Positions 27,901 through 32,000 of a stretch of 32,000 nucleotides of DNA are shown here, piece after piece (within the stretch, counting starts at the first letter, position 1; each line of letters opens with the position of its first letter). Where the stretch lies: NCBI GenBank assembly GCA_003553485.1, contig PWEJ01000098.1:1-32000 (forward strand), written 5' to 3'. A model generated the notes under the pieces. It did no database searches, was not told the origin of the DNA, and saw nothing but the letters and a program-made list of their open reading frames with translations. Position numbers and translations under genes: made by a program. The stretch comes from Halanaerobiaceae bacterium. GTDB lineage: Bacteria > Bacillota > Halanaerobiia > Halanaerobiales > Halarsenatibacteraceae.

Positions 27901-30507
27901 CAAAAGTTTAAACTGCTGCCTGCTGAGACCATAACTTCCCTTGCGCAGTTTATTATATACTTCCTCCAGAGGAGTTTTTTCACCTTCCAGATAGGAAAAA
28001 AACCTCTGCAGCAGGGGGTTTTTATCGGGTTTTACTTTCAAACTGACAGAATTTTTTCTTTTCTTGATCAACCCCATAGGTTTAAGCCTGGTATCAATCA
28101 AATTTAACACACTACCCTCTGCTTTTTTAAGGCTATCAATTTCTCCAGGTCGGAGAAAATTATCTATTAGCTCATCTATTTGACTGGTTCGCACCAGTCG
28201 ACCATAGGGAGCAATTCCGATATGATCAGGAAAACGTTTTTCTAGCAGCCGGGCTACAGCTTGTTGTTTAAGCCGGTTAAAGGGCAAAAAAGCAATCTCC
28301 TCCAGGGGTAAAACCTGCTGTTCCTGGCCATCAATTAACTCACCCTCATAATAAGCCCGCCGGAAAATATCTTTGACCGCACTCCAGTCAGCTGCAATCT
28401 GATCCTGCAATTTGTCTTTTACTTCCTGGCCAGTAGGGGAGGCATCATCTTCATATTCATCCAGCAAAAGCAGACGACTTAAGACCTGCTGGAGAAATTC
28501 TTTTTCCTTAAGTTTAGCAGGCAACCAAAATAAAAAGGACCTTCTTTCTTCATCAGTAAGCTCAGGCAGCAACACCTCCTGCAAATGCTTTCTCTGTTCT
28601 TCAATTTTATAGGCCTGTCCGATGATAAACATGAAATCCTCTTCCTGCTCCTGCAGTCTGGCAGCTGAAGTTCTGATATTTTCCAAAGTGATCTCAGTTA
28701 ACGGTAGAAAGTAGAGAAAACCCTGCCGTTCAGTATTATGCCATTCTACAGTTCTTTTGCTACGGGGATTGGAAAAGAGACGAGTAAAGGGTAAAACCTT
28801 ATCATCAATCTCCTGAGCCGGACGGGTGAAGAGACGGCTGTCATCAGCAAAGAGATTGCTCTGAATATAATCTGTTCTGCGCTGAATAATCAGATTAATA
28901 TCAGCCTCAAGGTCTATCTCATAGACTAGCTCAGTGCTTTTCTCACCTTCTGAGCGGGTTAAGTAAGCCCCCTGACTATAAAGACGCTCCAATATATCAG
29001 CAATATATTCATAATTCACCGCTGGATCCAGATCGGTCACCTGGTGCAGCAGCATATGAGCGATATCCTCAACTGTATATTTTTTATCCACCGGGGAAAT
29101 TTTAAAGAGAATCAATAGTTTAATTATCTCCATCCCTATAGTCGCATCTTCCTCACTGAGCAGGGACTCAATCTCCTGTTCGTAATATTTAAATACTTTG
29201 TCATAGTAGGAAGAAGTCTCCATCATCTCTCTAATTCGAGGTAAAAAATGATCAAAAATCTGAGCAGGCGTCAATAGCCTATCAGCAGAGCTTTCCATCA
29301 TACCAGCAATATTGCGTGAACTGTCACCCTTGATACGATAATGAATAAAATCTATTATTCCACGGTGTTGAGAAAATAAAGGCTTTAGATTATCAAGCAA
29401 ATTCACCGCCAGCGGATGCACCGGATATAGAGAGACAAATTCTGCGGGAGAAATAGGCAGTTCGGGAAAAGCTGAGCTGTAAAATTGGAAAATTTCTTCG
29501 ATATAATCCTCTGCTCCATCTTTGAGTTTTATCAATCTTTTGCTGATAATCTCTTTAATATGAGCACCTGATAGGCGAAAACGAGCTGGATAACGATCCT
29601 TGATTTTATTAAAGGCTTCAGGGGTATTCTCTCCTGTTTTTTCAATTTCTTCCTGCAAAGTAGCAACCACCCAGCAGGGCATACGACCAGTAAACTCTCC
29701 TAAAAACTGCAGAAAGCGAATATCCTCGTTAAAGCGTCGCCCATCGGTGCGGGAACGCAAAAACTCCGAAAGCTCATCAATTAAAATTACCACTCCGGCA
29801 TAAGAAGCACTACTAACAATATCCTTAAGCTGCTGAAAAATATCGCTGCGATCAAAATTAAATCGATAGGGAAGATTGAGACGGTCAGTCAGTTTTTCCA
29901 CCAGAAATAGATTGCCCGGGGAGAAAAGCTCTTCTGCGGTGAGATCATTCTCTCGCAAAAAACTTTTAAGCTTATCAGAATAATCTTCCACAACTAAAGT
30001 TTTAAGACGTTCGATGAAATCCTGCTCCCCGCTGAAAGAAAAGTCCTGAGAAGAAATTTGCTCGTCCTGCTTAAAAAAATCAGTTATAGCAGCCATCACT
30101 ATATCCTCTAAATTTTCTCGATTGCTATGTTCTACCAGAGAAATATTAATAACTATATAATCATTATTCTTTACCTTTTCACTGGACCGGACTAAAGGCC
30201 CCTTTGGGGAGCTTTGAGCCAGGATAGGAGGCCAGGAATCCTGCCAGGTTAGAAGCAGACTCATAATTCCCAGAAGGTGAGATTTGCCTGAACCAAAATT
30301 ACCTTCAATAAAGTAACCCTTACCCTTCTGCTGGCCAATATCATTAAAAAAAGCCGCAAGCACTCTCTCCACTTCATCGGTGAGCAGAAAACTGCTGGTA
30401 AGAAAATCGCGCAATTCTGGATCTTCGATATCCGACATCTGAATAACTGTTTTTACTCTGGGGATTTCTACTAAATCTTTAATTCTCTTTTCCGTCATCA
30501 TTATCAC
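24982..30507 (-). CDS. Giant fusion protein: PglY/BrxC-like P-loop ATPase + long helical region + C-terminal PglZ (alkaline-phosphatase superfamily) core
   Basis: 1,841-aa uninterrupted ORF. Walker A GNFGSGKSH (aa 69-77, nt 30280-30303). Walker B VVILIDELSEF (aa 239-249), then WVVATLQE. Charged helical/coiled-coil region about aa 940-1130, and a C-x13-CSC motif (C1159, C1173, C1175). PglZ-type motifs: CLLMDGMRWD (D1675, nt 25483-25485), IDEKVH (aa 1757-1762), LADHGF (aa 1800-1805, nt 25099-25107). Alternative ATG starts at 30501 and 30498. Confidence 0.8.
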   Translation of the reverse strand: MIMMTEKRIKDLVEIPRVKTVIQMSDIEDPELRDFLTSSFLLTDEVERVLAAFFNDIGQQKGKGYFIEGNFGSGKSHLLGIMSLLLTWQDSWPPILAQSSPKGPLVRSSEKVKNNDYIVINISLVEHSNRENLEDIVMAAITDFFKQDEQISSQDFSFSGEQDFIERLKTLVVEDYSDKLKSFLRENDLTAEELFSPGNLFLVEKLTDRLNLPYRFNFDRSDIFQQLKDIVSSASYAGVVILIDELSEFLRSRTDGRRFNEDIRFLQFLGEFTGRMPCWVVATLQEEIEKTGENTPEAFNKIKDRYPARFRLSGAHIKEIISKRLIKLKDGAEDYIEEIFQFYSSAFPELPISPAEFVSLYPVHPLAVNLLDNLKPLFSQHRGIIDFIHYRIKGDSSRNIAGMMESSADRLLTPAQIFDHFLPRIREMMETSSYYDKVFKYYEQEIESLLSEEDATIGMEIIKLLILFKISPVDKKYTVEDIAHMLLHQVTDLDPAVNYEYIADILERLYSQGAYLTRSEGEKSTELVYEIDLEADINLIIQRRTDYIQSNLFADDSRLFTRPAQEIDDKVLPFTRLFSNPRSKRTVEWHNTERQGFLYFLPLTEITLENIRTSAARLQEQEEDFMFIIGQAYKIEEQRKHLQEVLLPELTDEERRSFLFWLPAKLKEKEFLQQVLSRLLLLDEYEDDASPTGQEVKDKLQDQIAADWSAVKDIFRRAYYEGELIDGQEQQVLPLEEIAFLPFNRLKQQAVARLLEKRFPDHIGIAPYGRLVRTSQIDELIDNFLRPGEIDSLKKAEGSVLNLIDTRLKPMGLIKKRKNSVSLKVKPDKNPLLQRFFSYLEGEKTPLEEVYNKLRKGSYGLSRQQFKLLVYCLLFSGYITAFSSRRKISLKNLNARNFNRIEYLGYGEIIADEFQEILRECMLLPPRYKNQPFSLPLQHEIWDHLVEKKQELEQRIEKIKVELKRLSGDEAEIINRKRINSQLQSLEDLLEEIKVSYSSEEGLERFASQYRSMPQVENYLNRMADVEEFFEDRQEVYRRMRGYLQDSRLQIPEEEKYEELRRDYENLKQSLAEEDVVFSQDYFRETKELFNNFRRNYIEIYREEHEKQLAADRFKPYEKIKKSKSYQVLNQLADIEIISVQDDLVRVDRILSQALRQQCRNFSQARLQERPVCSCGFTLEDEIELPSLQKIQSTISSGIRQYLHNLKQQEHREKLQEYLESMEAAGEKRFARPLRRLLKLSGEETQKVLPELDDILNRSVVKRINKALSRDISVVERDLDELYENLLERSFSPGQIREIIEQWLAGEEGSAALDDQTYIRVTASRARTGRGSKEEESRTSKEPGLEEVNLMEEYLENYYPELLTLYDTAGLKGFALLLALSDWQRAHNLPEEEVLVLGEKFLPHNQAEVISLLKADDILLTALIDLSTDLFAGNHKQEEANIKAEENKENKLRELTGNQLNAIMTEENLAVNLAEKLKLKKPGDWLTAVARERISLQLIKKLSEQFMQRFASSASEGEVKDCRRYMRELKKRESYEYPYYKNDYIDLLESVIEITAALNLTSEKEPETAASWKNLFKNHLSQLEYHQSRMLFLADELSLSASLPLHNKKEAVNKLLRRYENRFRQFYQGREFMVAEAKSSPQAEDFYHLEELINIRFPRMLKQMRLSSNLCLLMDGMRWDLWQLIKERIAEEFSLRVLKEDLMFALDPTNTERQLEALKNSDFAGEIHQAEEITSEFFQQQNLTDVKKPQLITFSCIDEKVHTSKQNYLDFIDEIIFQVENRLFPLLSELPPEQPVLFLADHGFSINHQFKKSEKYETPRYLHGNNGLFEALIPWSLLLFY

Positions 30508-31504
30508 CGCTTTTGGCTTCCAGTTTTCTGATCATACCATAAAGCTTCTCAAATCCTGGATTGTTTCTGATCACATCTTGAAAAAATTCTATGCCTTCCT
30601 GGAATAATTCCAGCTCAGTGAAAATTTTCATCAGCATCGAACGAGTATAATAATCACCGGGATCGTTGCGAAAAGCTTCCTTCAAATGGGGCAGGGCCTT
30701 TTTATAATCTTTCGCCTGGTAAAGACAGAGCCCCAGTTTCTGGCTGACAAAATTATTGCCGGGATCCAATTCTAAAGCTCGACTGTACTCCTCTGCTGCC
30801 TGAGAGTATTTTTCCATTTCTAGCAGTTTCTCACCCAGCAGAGAATGGAGATGGGGGTTTTGTTCATGATTTTTTAGCCGTATTATATTCTTAAGCTCCT
30901 CAACTGCTTCTGCTGGAGTTTTTTCATTCAAGCGCAGTTTTATTTTTTCTTTATAGGCAAATTGATCCTGAGGTTTATTTCCCAGATAATCCTCATAGAT
31001 CTCCTCTGCCCTTTCCCTATCCCCCATTTTTTCATAGAGCAGGGCAGCCAGCTTGGGTAAATACTCATGCTCAGGTTCTTCCTCCAGCCAGTACTCCAGT
31101 ATCCGGCGGGCCTCGGCAAATTTTTCCAGCCTGAGCAGGGTTCTGGCCAGGCGCTGAGCTACATAAACTGTCCTATCACTTTCATAGGCGGCTGTAAAGA
31201 GCTCCCGGGCTTTTTTATATTCGCGCTTACGGAAGGAAATATTGCCTTTAACCGTTAGGGCACGGCCGTCATCTGGCTTATACTGCAAAATATCGTCGGC
31301 CAGTTTCTCTGCCTGGTTAAACTGCTGCTGGCGGTAAAGCAAGTCAGCTAAACTGGCTTTGAGATAACTATTTTGGGGGTAAGCATCTAGCCCTGATTCC
31401 AGCACCTCTCGAGCCTTTGCTAGCTCCTTATTTTGTTTTAACTTAACGGCTTTCTCCACTATATCCTTTACCTGCTGGTATTCATTTTTACTCATCATTA
31501 TCAC
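30479..31504 (-). CDS. Tetratricopeptide repeat (TPR) protein
   Basis: 341 aa with about 8 recognisable 34-aa TPR-like units (e.g. AEEYSRALELDPGNNFVSQKLGLCLYQAKDYKKALPHLKEAFRNDPGD). The 3' end overlaps the start of the fusion gene by 20-29 nt. Alternative ATG starts at 31498 and 31495. Confidence 0.85.
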   Translation of the reverse strand: MIMMSKNEYQQVKDIVEKAVKLKQNKELAKAREVLESGLDAYPQNSYLKASLADLLYRQQQFNQAEKLADDILQYKPDDGRALTVKGNISFRKREYKKARELFTAAYESDRTVYVAQRLARTLLRLEKFAEARRILEYWLEEEPEHEYLPKLAALLYEKMGDRERAEEIYEDYLGNKPQDQFAYKEKIKLRLNEKTPAEAVEELKNIIRLKNHEQNPHLHSLLGEKLLEMEKYSQAAEEYSRALELDPGNNFVSQKLGLCLYQAKDYKKALPHLKEAFRNDPGDYYTRSMLMKIFTELELFQEGIEFFQDVIRNNPGFEKLYGMIRKLEAKSGDNDDGKEN

Positions 31505-31593
31505 CTAATTTAGGAAATCCTGGTTCTCCAAAGAGTTTTTTAGAGCAGAGAAGATTATCATTGTATAAATTCCACTGATTAATTTTTTGTTTT

Positions 31594-31623
31594 TAAGTTG
31601 AGCCAGTCTAAGTTGAGCCGGTC
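31594..31623. repeat. Tandem 15-bp direct repeat upstream of the TPR gene
   Basis: TAAGTTGAGCCAGTC (31594-31608) is immediately followed by TAAGTTGAGCCGGTC (31609-31623), with 1 mismatch. About 90-120 nt upstream of the TPR start. Confidence 0.6.
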
Positions 31624-31650
31624 TACAAAGAAAATTATATGTTAATCTTT

Positions 31651-31679
31651 ATTATAGTTTAAAATTTGCATAATTTAAA
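31651..31679 (-). promoter_or_regulatory. Possible promoter of the TPR / PglZ-fusion operon (TTTAAA-N17-TATAAT)
   Basis: Minus strand: TTTAAA (31679-31674), 17-nt spacer, TATAAT (31656-31651). A second TATAAT lies at 31639-31634. The -35 is weak and the region is AT-rich, so this is tentative. Confidence 0.3.
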
Positions 31680-31890
31680 CAGGGGAAAGCAAAGTCGACT
31701 CAATACAATTTTATAATAGAATCAAAACTTTTGCACGAAATTTTAGCATAAAAATGAGCCCGGAGCAAATAAAAGACTAAAACCAACCAGATAAACGATT
31801 GTAAGATCACAGAAAAGAAGGAGAATTTTGCTTTATCAAGAATTATATGAACGATGAATTAAATTAAATACAAACAGAGGAGTGAGAAAT

Positions 31891-32000
31891 ATGGACCATT
31901 TTGGTATTATTTCAATAATACCACCTTTGCTGGCGATTATTCTTGCAATCATATCCAAAAGAGTCGTCATGTCGTTATTTCTGGGTATTGTCGCTGGTCT
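31891..32000 (+). CDS. NhaC-family Na+/H+ antiporter-like membrane protein (5' fragment, runs off the window)
   Basis: GAGGAGTG RBS, then ATG at 31891. MDHFGIISIIPPLLAIILAIISKRVVMSLFLGIVAG resembles NhaC-family N-termini. Only 36 codons are visible. Confidence 0.5.
   Translation, partial: MDHFGIISIIPPLLAIILAIISKRVVMSLFLGIVAG

Noticed and set aside
24982-31504. Calling the locus a canonical BREX or Pgl system
   Set aside because: No PglX-type methyltransferase, BrxA, BrxB, BrxL, BrxP, BrxHI/HII or PglW-like gene is present on either side. Only the ATPase and PglZ signatures exist, and they are fused. I therefore report it as a BREX-related but distinct candidate.

Overview
Low-GC (roughly 38-40% by eye), almost entirely minus-strand bacterial window. 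The core (10257-23094) is a complete carbonyl-branch Wood-Ljungdahl (acs) cluster: acsA(cooS)-acsB-acsC-cooC-[DUF166-like ORF]-acsD-acsE. A strong terminator follows, then a second unit encoding the corrinoid reductive activator (RACo) and a DRTGG / Pta-N-terminal-like protein. Next to it is a methionine module: metY-metA behind a textbook SAM-I (S-box) riboswitch, plus a convergent stand-alone homocysteine S-methyltransferase. The left flank carries a glutamate-synthase-related FMN protein, a 2-gene ABC-2 exporter, a baeRF/eRF1-like ORF behind a promoter with a perfect palindromic operator, and a PHP (CehA/McbA-like) metallohydrolase. The right flank has a small operon (frameshifted DUF3343-like S/Se-carrier gene, tiny membrane protein, D-cysteine desulfhydrase/ACC-deaminase-family PLP enzyme). 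It also holds the most unusual locus: a TPR protein translationally coupled to a 1,841-aa protein that fuses a PglY/BrxC-like P-loop ATPase to a C-terminal PglZ phosphatase-superfamily core. No methyltransferase or any other BREX/Pgl partner is in the window. I propose this two-gene module as a candidate undescribed, BREX-derived system, possibly defence or signalling. No rRNA, tRNA, CRISPR array, transposase or integrase was found. Many proteins are markedly acidic, which together with the acs cluster suggests a halophilic anaerobic acetogen; this is inference only. All domain calls come from motif reading by eye, and no database search was possible.
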